From the NCBI GenBank assembly GCA_001189215.1, contig LFCR01000004.1, positions 313,635 through 377,634 on the forward strand: DNA of 64,000 nucleotides, given 5' to 3'. Below, piece by piece: positions 25,778 to 34,756 of the stretch. The DNA comes from Parcubacteria bacterium C7867-008. GTDB lineage: Bacteria > Patescibacteriota > Minisyncoccia > Phycocordibacterales > Phycocordibacteraceae. A program made the position numbers and the translations under genes. The notes under the pieces are model-generated. The model ran no database searches. It was given only the letters and a program-made list of their open reading frames with translations, and was not told where the DNA came from. Position 1 is the stretch's first letter. Every line of letters starts with the position of its first letter.

Positions 25778-26118
25778 TAGAATATTGCCGACCCGGCGTC
25801 GTTAGCTTCTTCCTGCTGTTCTCCCTCACCAGTTGCGGTCCCGGCCGTCGACTCTGCCTGGGCTTCAGCGGTACCTTCCTGATTCTCGACAGGAGCGGTA
25901 TCGCCTACTGGTGCAGCCGGTGCTTCAGGTTCGGTTGGAGCCGGTGCTGGCGCGACCTCGGCGTTACCGACGCCATTGTTGCGCTCGTAGTCATCGCGGG
26001 CATCGCGCTCGGTATCGAATAGTGGGCTGCGGAAGATGACCGAGCCCTCAGCGTCGTAGCGCTTCCAGAGCCACTTGCCGTTATCTTCTACGAACTTCAC
26101 GTTGTTTGATTCAGACAT
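25777..26118 (-). CDS. YegP/DUF1508-like domain protein
   Basis: The N-terminal VKFVEDNGKWLWKRYDAEGSVIFRSPLFDTERDARDDYER resembles the YegP (UPF0339) repeat; the C-terminus is acidic and low-complexity. Confidence 0.45.
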   Translation of the reverse strand: MSESNNVKFVEDNGKWLWKRYDAEGSVIFRSPLFDTERDARDDYERNNGVGNAEVAPAPAPTEPEAPAAPVGDTAPVENQEGTAEAQAESTAGTATGEGEQQEEANDAGSAIF

Positions 26119-26134
26119 AAATGTAATTAGTTAG

Positions 26135-28150
26135 TTAACTTGTTAATGCTGCGGTTGCCGCAGCCTCCGCGCCCGGATCGCCGAGCGGGACCGCATCAGC
26201 TGCAGCCAGCTCAGGGTTCTCGAGGCCGGTTCCATCGACCATTCCGGCTCCACCGCTGATCAAGCCTGCCTTTGCGGATTCTGCTACCACCGAGCGTGCG
26301 GCGTTTCGCTCTACGATCGGCGTTATTTGGTCGATGTAGGCGAATACTTCCGCATGCTGCTCGGAGGTGAGCTCGTGATCGTATTTGTCGGATAGGTCAT
26401 GGAGACGCTGAAGGAATGCTGTGTTCGCGTCTTTGTAGAGAGGAGGTGTGTGCCCGCCTATGATGAGCTGGAATGCTTCGTCCGCTTGCGCGACTATCTC
26501 GATTGCGTTGTAGTCGTTCGTGTCGAGTAGGCGCTTGATCGTGTCGTCATCTACGCCTGCGATTGTCGCCTGAGTTTCAAAGAGCACCTTCTGATTGATG
26601 GTTTGGTCGCCCTTGTAGGAACCCAGGAATGTAAGTTTATTCTTGCTGTCAGCGAGATTGCTCTGCGCTTCGGCGAGGCTCGATTCGACGAGGATATCGT
26701 AGTCCTCTTGGAACGGCTTCAGGTCGCGTGAGCTGACCATCTCGATCTCTAGACCCATAGGCCCGAGAATCTGTACCGCCATCTTCTTCTTAAGGTCCTG
26801 CATCACGCCCTCCTTGTGGAGGACTGCGAAGCGGTAGTAACCCTCGGCGTAGCTCTTATTCAAGAGGCCGAAGCGATCGCCTGCTTGCATGAGGTTTCCC
26901 TCGTAGATGCCGAGCGTTTCTTCGTCGCTCGTTCCCTTCACGTCTGATGTCACGCCGCTTTCTGTTTCTGCGATCTGTTCGAGCTTGTCGTAGACCATGA
27001 ATGGTCCTTCGATTGGTGGCGTCTGCCGTGTCTGCAGCACTCTGTTCACGTCCACGTTGCCTTCGATCTCTATGTAGCCGTCCTTTCGGTAGCGAACCTG
27101 CGCGAGGTTGCGGACGTAGTCGACATTCACGGCGGTCTGCGGTCGGTTGATCTGCTCGGAGTTGTCGAGCGATTGGTTAATGCTCTTTTCCTGCGCCATG
27201 AAGAGACCGCGGACGAAGTCGCAGTAGGCAGGCGTCCAGAACTCGCGTGGGTCCGGGAACGCTGCCCAGGTCCAGATTGGGTACTTACCGCTCTTACGGA
27301 TTTCGGTCCAGGGTTCGCAGCGGATGCAGTCGCCTGATGGCGTGAGCACGAGATAGTATCGGTCGTCGTTCTCGTCTGTGGTGATCCACGTATAGAAAAT
27401 AAATTGATTCTCGTTCTTCACTCCCTCTCGCGGAGTGCCGCTTGGCTTGCGATTCTCCTTGTCGGTATCTTGGCTTGTCTTTGTCTTTGCGTTCGTACCT
27501 CCATCAAGTAGTTCATCGACAATCTTCTTGTAATAAATGCCGTCTTTGATGCCCTTGGTTAGCTGCGCTCTTGTGAGCTTCGTATTCCACCATCCCAGGT
27601 ATCCCGCCTTCTCGACGCCGTTGCCGTCTTCTTCTTCGGTGCTGAGACCACCCACGTCCGGGTCTATGAGAAAGTCTTTCGGATCAATCAGGTTGAGGAT
27701 GCTTCGGTATTGGCCCTTGTCGTTCCGGGTCAGGTAGAGATAAATTGCGCGTCCATAAATCGCTGCATCGCGTTTGCCCATAAGGTCCTTGAAGTTCCAG
27801 CGTCCTGTCTTCGAGTCCTTGTCGCGTATGGCGTTCATCAGCTTCGCTTTCTTAAGGTCGGCTGATTCCCCTTTGACGTACTTGAATGTTAGCGGGCTGT
27901 CGATTTTCGAGAGAATGGTGTGGACGAAGCCATGCATCTTATAGAGCGGGACCTGGGCGCGAGTGTCGGCCTGCTGTGTTGAGCCTCCGTAAGGTGAGAC
28001 GACGGACGGACTGTTCTTGTCCGGGTTCATCATGTCCTCGTTCTTATTCCACGAAGACATTCGCGCTTTCTTGTAGCGATAGGAGTAGTCGATCTCTTTA
28101 AGCGCCTGCTTGGCGAGCGCGTCGCGTTTCTTGTAGTGGGCTAACGACAT
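26135..28150 (-). CDS. putative portal protein
   Basis: 671 aa, positioned between the terminase large subunit and the scaffold/capsid genes. Confidence 0.45.
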   Translation of the reverse strand: MSLAHYKKRDALAKQALKEIDYSYRYKKARMSSWNKNEDMMNPDKNSPSVVSPYGGSTQQADTRAQVPLYKMHGFVHTILSKIDSPLTFKYVKGESADLKKAKLMNAIRDKDSKTGRWNFKDLMGKRDAAIYGRAIYLYLTRNDKGQYRSILNLIDPKDFLIDPDVGGLSTEEEDGNGVEKAGYLGWWNTKLTRAQLTKGIKDGIYYKKIVDELLDGGTNAKTKTSQDTDKENRKPSGTPREGVKNENQFIFYTWITTDENDDRYYLVLTPSGDCIRCEPWTEIRKSGKYPIWTWAAFPDPREFWTPAYCDFVRGLFMAQEKSINQSLDNSEQINRPQTAVNVDYVRNLAQVRYRKDGYIEIEGNVDVNRVLQTRQTPPIEGPFMVYDKLEQIAETESGVTSDVKGTSDEETLGIYEGNLMQAGDRFGLLNKSYAEGYYRFAVLHKEGVMQDLKKKMAVQILGPMGLEIEMVSSRDLKPFQEDYDILVESSLAEAQSNLADSKNKLTFLGSYKGDQTINQKVLFETQATIAGVDDDTIKRLLDTNDYNAIEIVAQADEAFQLIIGGHTPPLYKDANTAFLQRLHDLSDKYDHELTSEQHAEVFAYIDQITPIVERNAARSVVAESAKAGLISGGAGMVDGTGLENPELAAADAVPLGDPGAEAAATAALTS

Positions 28151-28182
28151 GATGGACTGAGTATGTGAGCGAAAGTTGTTCT

Positions 28183-28197
28183 TTCTGTAGGAATTAC
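28183..28197 (-). promoter_or_regulatory. conserved phage motif copy 4 (one substitution)
   Basis: TTCTGTAGGAATTAC, 32 nt upstream of the portal gene start (28150). Confidence 0.5.
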
Positions 28198-28203
28198 CCC
28201 TAC

Positions 28204-29988
28204 TTAGATGCCGATATCAGGGTATTGAGGCTCTAAGACGTCGTATTCGTCGTCATATCCGGGCGTTACCTTGCCGTATGCGGTATCAATGACCCGCTCC
28301 GGGATCACATCGCGCGGTCGTTCAGTCCCTGCCGGGCGTGCGATGTCGCTTTGGTAGGCAGTTGCGTCGCCTGTATCGTCATAGGGCGCATCCGGGAAGC
28401 GAATCAGTTCGTTCTCAAGGTCCTTGCATTCGCCTTCAAGGTGGAAGATGCTGCGCGTTTCGTATCGGTACATGAGTCCCGTTCGGATACGGTCCTCTTT
28501 CGATCGACCAGCGTGCTTGAGCCACATGAGCGGCAGGAAGACTTGTCGCATGCGTTGCTCGTGCCGCAGCATCGGTTCGAGTCCACGCGTGAATGCCGTA
28601 TCTTCCCAGCCGAACTTCACGGCAGGTGTTCCTGCCTGGAGGAGGAAGGTGTAGACGCCGAACATCTTCTCAATGATCGCGGTTGGTCCGAGTCGTTCTC
28701 GCCATGCTTTCAAGTGCCACTTCCCTTCTTTGTCGGCCCAGTTGATGCAGATGCCCACATAGTCCCCGGCCTTATCGACTTCGCCTTCCTTTCTACTTGG
28801 TGTGTCGATCGTTACGTAAGCAGCGAGCTTCTTCTGCATGAGCGCTTCCCAGCTGATTGGCTGGAACCATTCGCGCTTGAAGAGTGCTTTCGTTTCGTCG
28901 AGTGGCTGACACAGCATCTCTGATTGGAAGTCAGCGTCGCCTTCTTCCGGCGTCCACATAGCACGGCGTTTAGCATCAACGCTCAGTTTCCCTGCTTTCT
29001 TCGCTTCTTCGTCCGTAATGACCCATCGTTCCGGCCAGGTAGGCGTATGCAGTCCTTCCATGAGAGTTCCTTCACAAATTGGGACCACGCGCACCCTAAG
29101 CTCCGGATCGACTTTCGCTCGCTCGATCACGCTCTGTACGTTTCCGTACTCGCTCAGGATGTTGCCGAGGTAGAGCACTCTGCGTCTACCCGAGTCCAGG
29201 CTTCGCTTGAACTCCTGGATATGCATGCGGATTTGCGCAGTTGATACTTCGCTCTTGAGAGTCTTCTTCGTCTCGAAGTCGTCGAGCAGGACGAAGCCTG
29301 GTCGCATTGATCCGTGGACCCGACCTCGCACGCTTTCCTGCGTGCTATGCGCTTCGATACGAACGCCTTCCTGGACGATGTTGCCTTGCTCATTCTTCGT
29401 CGGGTTCGTGACGAAGTCTTTGATTCGCTTTTGGGTCACTTCGTCCTTGCTGCGCTTTGCGTTGTATTTCTCTCCGAAGTCTTCAAGGAAGCGTCTGTTC
29501 GTTTGGAGCTCCCACACGATGTCGAAGAGGACGCGCTCAGAGTTCGTGCTATCGAAGGAGTCGGCGTTGATGTACGGCTCGATGTCGTAGGCGATCATGT
29601 AAAGGATAAGTGCCTTGGCGAAGCTCGTCTTTGCACTCTCTCCGAACATGAACCATGCGAGCTCTCGGATGCGGTGCTCGAGCAGGTCATGCACGTCGCC
29701 CATCATGTCGTAGTGGAACGCGCTAAATTCGCTCCGCACGTAATGTTGGAGGTAATACGCGACGAAATATCCGAAGTGATTCTTCAGATTATTCGTACGC
29801 ACTTCTTTCCGTTGATTCCGGAGTGCCTGGATTCCCACCAGGGTTACCGGCTTCAGCGATGCTTTCGGTTTCGGGTTTATCATTGCGGCTGAATAGTGAA
29901 TCGAATTCTGCTTGTTCTTCTGGCGTGTATTCCCTGACGCCCTGACGCTCGACCGGATTGACCTCGATGGCGAGCGGGACCTTTCCAT
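28204..29988 (-). CDS. terminase large subunit (start uncertain)
   Basis: 594-aa ORF with a deviant Walker A-like FGESAKTS and an acidic Walker B-like LLDDFE. The 5' 200 nt overlap the terS-like ORF in another frame, so the true start is probably an internal Met. Confidence 0.5.
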   Translation of the reverse strand: MERSRSPSRSIRSSVRASGNTRQKNKQNSIHYSAAMINPKPKASLKPVTLVGIQALRNQRKEVRTNNLKNHFGYFVAYYLQHYVRSEFSAFHYDMMGDVHDLLEHRIRELAWFMFGESAKTSFAKALILYMIAYDIEPYINADSFDSTNSERVLFDIVWELQTNRRFLEDFGEKYNAKRSKDEVTQKRIKDFVTNPTKNEQGNIVQEGVRIEAHSTQESVRGRVHGSMRPGFVLLDDFETKKTLKSEVSTAQIRMHIQEFKRSLDSGRRRVLYLGNILSEYGNVQSVIERAKVDPELRVRVVPICEGTLMEGLHTPTWPERWVITDEEAKKAGKLSVDAKRRAMWTPEEGDADFQSEMLCQPLDETKALFKREWFQPISWEALMQKKLAAYVTIDTPSRKEGEVDKAGDYVGICINWADKEGKWHLKAWRERLGPTAIIEKMFGVYTFLLQAGTPAVKFGWEDTAFTRGLEPMLRHEQRMRQVFLPLMWLKHAGRSKEDRIRTGLMYRYETRSIFHLEGECKDLENELIRFPDAPYDDTGDATAYQSDIARPAGTERPRDVIPERVIDTAYGKVTPGYDDEYDVLEPQYPDIGI

Positions 29989-30373
29989 CGACGCGGTCGA
30001 GGACTATGGAGATTGCCTTTAGGTCCCCGTCCATGGCCTTGCGCGTGAGCTTGTCGGCGATAACGTCGCCTACCGACACCTTTTGCCCGTCTCGCGTGAC
30101 GCCTCCTGCGCTGTCGACCTTGTATCTGATCTTTCCTGCCATGTGTCGGGCACCGAGCGGCTTGCCTGGATTACCTTCGGTGAAGCGGCCATTGACCGGG
30201 TCCCTGCCCGTATTTTCCCCGTATTTACGGTCAGGAGTTGGCGCTTCTAAAGGCCCGGAGTTGGCTTCTCCGGCTTCTACTGACGTTTGCTCCTGCGTGG
30301 CGGCCGGTACGGCCTTGGGAGCCGGGAGCAGGAGGAGCGTCTCTTGCGGTTTTTCATTATTCTTCAGGTTCAT
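29789..30373 (-). CDS. terminase small subunit-like protein
   Basis: Contains the NGRFTEGNPGKPLG motif common in phage small terminase/DUF5681-type proteins. Confidence 0.4.
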   Translation of the reverse strand: MNLKNNEKPQETLLLLPAPKAVPAATQEQTSVEAGEANSGPLEAPTPDRKYGENTGRDPVNGRFTEGNPGKPLGARHMAGKIRYKVDSAGGVTRDGQKVSVGDVIADKLTRKAMDGDLKAISIVLDRVDGKVPLAIEVNPVERQGVREYTPEEQAEFDSLFSRNDKPETESIAEAGNPGGNPGTPESTERSAYE

Positions 30374-31685
30374 GCTCGGTTATGGTCCGGGACCAGGCTT
30401 CCGGCTCGCCATTCCGGACTACCTGCTCTATGCCGGTGAAGTCCACCCATCGCTGCACGATCACGTCGGCGAACTTTGGATCGAGCTCCATTCCCACGCA
30501 GACGCGTCCAGTCTTTTCGCAGGCGATAAGCGTGCTGCCGCTGCCGAGGAATGGGTCGACCACCACGTCTTCTGCTTTCGAGCTGTTCATGAGCGCGTAA
30601 GTGATGAGCTCCACCGGCTTCTGTGTTGGATGTTGGTATTCGTTCACGCGGTCGCGCTTCATCGTCCAGATCGTGAGCTTTCCTTCAGTCTCGAGCTTCT
30701 TCTGCCGCTTCGCCCAGTTGAGGAGTTTCTGCTCGCTGTCGTGGAAGTCGATGATGGTCGAGTGTGTGCGATCGCCGTAGAAGACAGTCTCGGTGCCTTC
30801 CTTCGATGCGTAGAAGAATGGCTCATGCTTCCATCGGTAATCGCCCCAGCCCATCGATGCCGTCGGTTTATTCCAGATGAGTTGGTTTCGGATCGCCATG
30901 CCGAACTTCTTCAGCGCGTTCTCGAATTGCGCTTGCGTTGACGTTGAATGGAAGACGTACCAGCCAGCGCCGGTCTTTGCAGCGTTTGCGATCTGTCGGA
31001 ATGCGTTCTCAAGGAAAGTATCGAACGCCTCCGCATCCATGTGATCGTTCATGATGCCTTCGCTTGTCTTCTTACCGCGTCCCGCATAGTTCACGTTGTA
31101 CGGCGGGTCCGTGAAGACGCAGTCGGCTTTGCGGCCGTTCATTGCCCTGCTCCATGCTTCCTCGTCAGTTGAGTCGCCGCAAACGATCGTGTGTGGACCG
31201 AGCTGATACATGTCGTTCAGCCTGCTCCGCGGCTCGATCGGCGTTTCCGGGACCACGTCGTCCGCTTCATCGTCCTCGAGAATGATGTCGTGGTCGAAGC
31301 CTGTAAGCGTGATGTCGAAGCCAGCAGCGTCGAGCAGCTTCAGTTCGTCCGTGATGAGCATCAGGTCCTGGCCGGTGAGCGCGTTTATCTGGTTGTCGGC
31401 GATGCGATACGCTTTGACCTCGTCTTCGGTTAGGTCGTCGACCAGCACATACGGAATGACCGGCTCGCCTTTCTTCGTGAACGCTTTCTGCTCCATGAGC
31501 GTGTAGCCCAGGAGATCCGTCATGGCGATGAAGCGGCCGTGCCCGACCACTATCACGCCATCTTTATCGAGAATGATCGGCTGCTTGCATCCGAACGCCT
31601 TTATGGAATTGGCGATCTTCTCCAGCTGGAAGTCTGGATGCTCCTTGGCGTTCTTCTCGTACTTTTTTACGTCGGTGATCTGCAT
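30357..31685 (-). CDS. ParB-like nuclease domain / N6-adenine DNA methyltransferase fusion
   Basis: N-terminal ParB/Srx fold (PIILDKDGVIVVGHGRFIA) plus MTase motif IV FTDPPYNV. Confidence 0.8.
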   Translation of the reverse strand: MQITDVKKYEKNAKEHPDFQLEKIANSIKAFGCKQPIILDKDGVIVVGHGRFIAMTDLLGYTLMEQKAFTKKGEPVIPYVLVDDLTEDEVKAYRIADNQINALTGQDLMLITDELKLLDAAGFDITLTGFDHDIILEDDEADDVVPETPIEPRSRLNDMYQLGPHTIVCGDSTDEEAWSRAMNGRKADCVFTDPPYNVNYAGRGKKTSEGIMNDHMDAEAFDTFLENAFRQIANAAKTGAGWYVFHSTSTQAQFENALKKFGMAIRNQLIWNKPTASMGWGDYRWKHEPFFYASKEGTETVFYGDRTHSTIIDFHDSEQKLLNWAKRQKKLETEGKLTIWTMKRDRVNEYQHPTQKPVELITYALMNSSKAEDVVVDPFLGSGSTLIACEKTGRVCVGMELDPKFADVIVQRWVDFTGIEQVVRNGEPEAWSRTITEHEPEE

Positions 31686-31686
31686 G

Positions 31687-32094
31687 TTATTGCTTGTCCA
31701 TCCAGGACCTCATGCTGACCTCGCTGCATGAACCTTCTTTGCCGAGATCGTCGACGTAGCTATAGACCGGCTTTCCTTTGGCGGTAGGTGCGATGCCGGT
31801 CACGAGTCGCTCATCGCCTCTGCGGTTGCGACAGATGGTGCCGAAGGTATAGGTGAGCTTCTGGCCCGGATTCCGCTTCTCCCAGTGATGCTTGAGCGCA
31901 CCGAAGAATTCGGCCTGAACTGTTTCGAGGAATGCTTCGATCGCCTTCCTGCTTTCCGTTCGGAAGATGGGCAGGAGGCCGTGAGCTCCGATGATCCACG
32001 CGCCGACCAGGTCCGGGCGGGCGGCGAGGAACCGAGCGGAGAGGCTGATTGGATCGGAGACGTCGAGCACTTTGTTTTGTTTATCTTTTTTCAT
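31687..32094 (-). CDS. hypothetical protein
   Basis: 135-aa ORF whose stop is 2 nt upstream of the MTase start. Confidence 0.35.
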   Translation of the reverse strand: MKKDKQNKVLDVSDPISLSARFLAARPDLVGAWIIGAHGLLPIFRTESRKAIEAFLETVQAEFFGALKHHWEKRNPGQKLTYTFGTICRNRRGDERLVTGIAPTAKGKPVYSYVDDLGKEGSCSEVSMRSWMDKQ

Positions 32095-32097
32095 GGG

Positions 32098-32487
32098 TTA
32101 ATGGTTATGCTGATGTTCGGTCGCATCCGAGCCGAGGATTTCATTGCAGGTGCTGCATCGCTTGATCCATCGGTGGTGCTCGCATGAGTCGCGCCTTCGT
32201 TCCTGGCCCTGCATCTGAATGAACGCGTAAGTACCGCCGACTCTTTTGTGGTACTGGTCCTTTCGGCGCTCGCGGTAAATCTCCGCAATCTCCTCGGGCA
32301 TCTGTTTCGGCATGAGGGACCGGCGAATCCAGCCGTTGTGTCCCGCGTGGAAACGGACCGCCTTTGGATCGACGCTGAAGAAGCGGGCAATCCAGAGGAT
32401 TTTCCAGCCCTGGTCCTCGTATCGCTTTCGCGCTTCTTCGATCTGCGCGGCATTTAGTTTGTGGCGTGGGTTGTTGGCGTTGAACAT
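32098..32487 (-). CDS. HTH domain protein with C-terminal Cys/His cluster
   Basis: N-terminal LNAAQIEEARKRYEDQG...IARFFSVDPKAVRFH resembles resolvase/sigma-r4-type HTH; C-terminal CEHHRWIKRCSTCNE...HQHNH. Two overlapping Arg-rich ORFs in other frames were rejected. Confidence 0.4.
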   Translation of the reverse strand: MFNANNPRHKLNAAQIEEARKRYEDQGWKILWIARFFSVDPKAVRFHAGHNGWIRRSLMPKQMPEEIAEIYRERRKDQYHKRVGGTYAFIQMQGQERRRDSCEHHRWIKRCSTCNEILGSDATEHQHNH

Positions 32488-32514
32488 TTTTTCTAAGGGT
32501 GTTCAGGACTTTCT

Positions 32515-33087
32515 TCATTGGCCCCCATGCCTGAACCGATTGAGGGACATTTTTTGAGTGAGTTCTCTTTTCAGGACTCCTAAGTTATCCACAGGGTCCC
32601 TAATACTTGGTTTCTCTTTCTTTCCTAGGTTTTGTGTGTTCACTACCTGAACCGATTTCGGTCTACTACCTGAACCGCTTTTGGTACGCCCAGCAGACTG
32701 GTTCACTACCTGAACTACTTTTTCCACATCCATATGCAGGTTTATTTGGTAGTAGTTCCCCTTCGTCGTTCCCCTGATCGAAATCGCTCCCGCCTCATTC
32801 AGACTCTTGAGACCTTTGGCGACCGAGGCACGCGCTAAGCCCGCACCGTAATCGAGCACGTTGCCACGGCGATCTTTTATTCCATCCATGAATTGCGAGA
32901 AGCTGATGCGGTCTGCGTCTTTATGAAATCCGAACGTGCGACGGCAAATGTAAAGAAGACATCGCGCTTCTGCTTCAGGGATAAGGGGAATAACCTTATC
33001 GAGGAGAATGTTTGGTAGCTGTGTGCTGTTTGGTATGAAAGATGTTGTTTTGTGTTCATCCATAGTTTTTTGGAAGAGAAGAAGCAT
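32515..33087 (-). CDS. putative phage replication initiator (winged-helix, lambda O/DnaD-like)
   Basis: The N-terminal region resembles replisome-organiser wHTH; the 3' end of the gene contains iteron repeats. Confidence 0.4.
   Translation of the reverse strand: MLLLFQKTMDEHKTTSFIPNSTQLPNILLDKVIPLIPEAEARCLLYICRRTFGFHKDADRISFSQFMDGIKDRRGNVLDYGAGLARASVAKGLKSLNEAGAISIRGTTKGNYYQINLHMDVEKVVQVVNQSAGRTKSGSGSRPKSVQVVNTQNLGKKEKPSIRDPVDNLGVLKRELTQKMSLNRFRHGGQ
32529..32724. repeat. iteron-like direct repeats (candidate phage ori) inside replication gene
   Basis: ACTACCTGAAC at 32641, 32664 and 32704 (each preceded by TTC/TCT), plus CCTGAACCGATT at 32529. Spacings are 23 and 40 bp. Confidence 0.6.
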
Positions 33088-33187
33088 CGATTGCTCGATG
33101 ATTCTTCCCGGTTAGTCGGGGGCTTCGCCCCTGATCCCAGCCCTCGTACCACTGCGACCAGGGCTGGGTCAGTGGCGAAGCTAGTTA

Positions 33188-34378
33188 CTACTTGCCACTC
33201 TTAGGAGCCTTGGCGGCTTTCCGTTCGGGCTTCCCGTCTTTCGTCTCTCGAAGGTCTTTCTCGAACTTCTGCTCAGGTGTTGGTTCTGGCACCTGTTCGC
33301 CTTTTGCTTCAGCGATCTTCTGCTGTGCGAATTCCTGGACCTTGGCGTAGCCGTCCTCGAGGATGTCAGGGCGCATCGTCTCGATCGCGGACCAGCTGCG
33401 AGTCCCGAAGGCGTAGTCGAGAGCGTCTACCTTGTTCTTCCTCTCGGCCGCGCTTGTGCTCGGCCAGATAGATACCAGGTAGCTTTCGATCTCCTCGAGC
33501 CAGCGCTTCCTTTCGAGGACCCACTTGCGCTTGTCCTCCTCGGTCCGGATCAGCTCGCCTGCGTCCCTTACTGCAGGGCTAAAACGGGCTGCTGCCGGGT
33601 CTTTGATGACCGCCTCGATTGCCGGTGCGAAGTCCTCGTAGGTCGGGTTCTTGAAGACCTTTCCGTCGAGGAGGTTGCCGCGGCCCTTGAGGACAGTTGC
33701 CTGTCGCCATACCTCTCGGTTCTTTCGAGTGATGAGCTCGTGGCGCTCCATGAGCACCAGGACATCGAACTCGTAGGCGGCATTCTTCTCGGCCTGCATC
33801 TTCACGCCTGTCTTCGTGAATTCTTTGCGGCCATCCTCATCTACCTCCTGCTCCATGCGATCCGACACGCGCCCGGTGGCGATGATGTGGAGCGGTGACT
33901 GGACCATCGGTATCGAGAAGTTCCGGTTCCAGTCGGACTTGATTGCCATCCAATCCTGGATTTGGAACGTCTGACGATTGAGCTTTCGCTTGTACGCCTC
34001 TTGGAAGTCCATCCAGATGTGAGTGATGCTGTCGATCACTACGATGTCCGAATATCCTTCCTGACAGAGCTTCATTGCCGTTACCAGGTCAGCGAGCGAG
34101 TGTGACTCGCGCACCATCGCTTCGATCCCGTGCTCCTTGAAGAGAGGGACCAGGAACTTTGATGCTTTCTCGGTGTCGATAAGGACAATGGGCTTTGTGC
34201 TGCCGATCTTCTTGTGAAGACCGATTGCTACTAATGCGGCACTCCAGCTCTTGCCGGTGCCAGGCTCTCCTTCAAAGGCTGCCTTGAAGTAGGGTTTGGT
34301 GTTCCCGATTGCGGTGAAGAAGTTTTCTTCAGTCGCTATTGGGACCACGCTTGGTCTTTCTAATGTTGCGGTAGTCAT
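33188..34378 (-). CDS. RecA-fold ATPase, AAA_24/Sak4-like (phage recombination/replication)
   Basis: Walker A GEPGTGKSW, Walker B IVVIDSITHIW. Confidence 0.55.
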   Translation of the reverse strand: MTTATLERPSVVPIATEENFFTAIGNTKPYFKAAFEGEPGTGKSWSAALVAIGLHKKIGSTKPIVLIDTEKASKFLVPLFKEHGIEAMVRESHSLADLVTAMKLCQEGYSDIVVIDSITHIWMDFQEAYKRKLNRQTFQIQDWMAIKSDWNRNFSIPMVQSPLHIIATGRVSDRMEQEVDEDGRKEFTKTGVKMQAEKNAAYEFDVLVLMERHELITRKNREVWRQATVLKGRGNLLDGKVFKNPTYEDFAPAIEAVIKDPAAARFSPAVRDAGELIRTEEDKRKWVLERKRWLEEIESYLVSIWPSTSAAERKNKVDALDYAFGTRSWSAIETMRPDILEDGYAKVQEFAQQKIAEAKGEQVPEPTPEQKFEKDLRETKDGKPERKAAKAPKSGK

Positions 34379-34459
34379 AGTTTTTTTATGCTATTGACTC
34401 TCCGAAGCGGCCTCTGATACGATGTATCTGTTGGTGAGGGACCTTCTTCGGAAGGTCTT

Positions 34460-34756
34460 TTACTTTTTCTCCTTGAATAATTTGAGTCGTGCGTCTAAGT
34501 CGTCATGCATCTCCTCCTGGAGCTGACTGATGACTTCCCTGATTAACCCGTCCCGGATGATTCCGCATGCCATTACGGTGGCTTTGGTATCTTTCGTGTC
34601 GATGTTCGTCAGGCTGCCCATGATGTCGCCGATATATTCCGCGACCTCATCGAGCGTGTGAGGGATGATCATTTCCCGGACATTTGTCGGGGCTTTATCC
34701 TTCACTGCCGCTAGGGCTTCCCTCGCTAATGCTTTGCGTCGTTCTTGTTTCGTCAT
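34460..34756 (-). CDS. hypothetical protein
   Basis: 98-aa ORF whose 3' end overlaps the next ORF. Confidence 0.3.
   Translation of the reverse strand: MTKQERRKALAREALAAVKDKAPTNVREMIIPHTLDEVAEYIGDIMGSLTNIDTKDTKATVMACGIIRDGLIREVISQLQEEMHDDLDARLKLFKEKK

Noticed and set aside
32091-32518. Two additional overlapping minus-strand ORFs (32091-32453, 32141-32518) in other frames
   Set aside because: Their translations are Arg/Ser/Pro-rich low-complexity sequence typical of an off-frame GC-rich region. Only the 32098-32487 frame gives a protein-like sequence.
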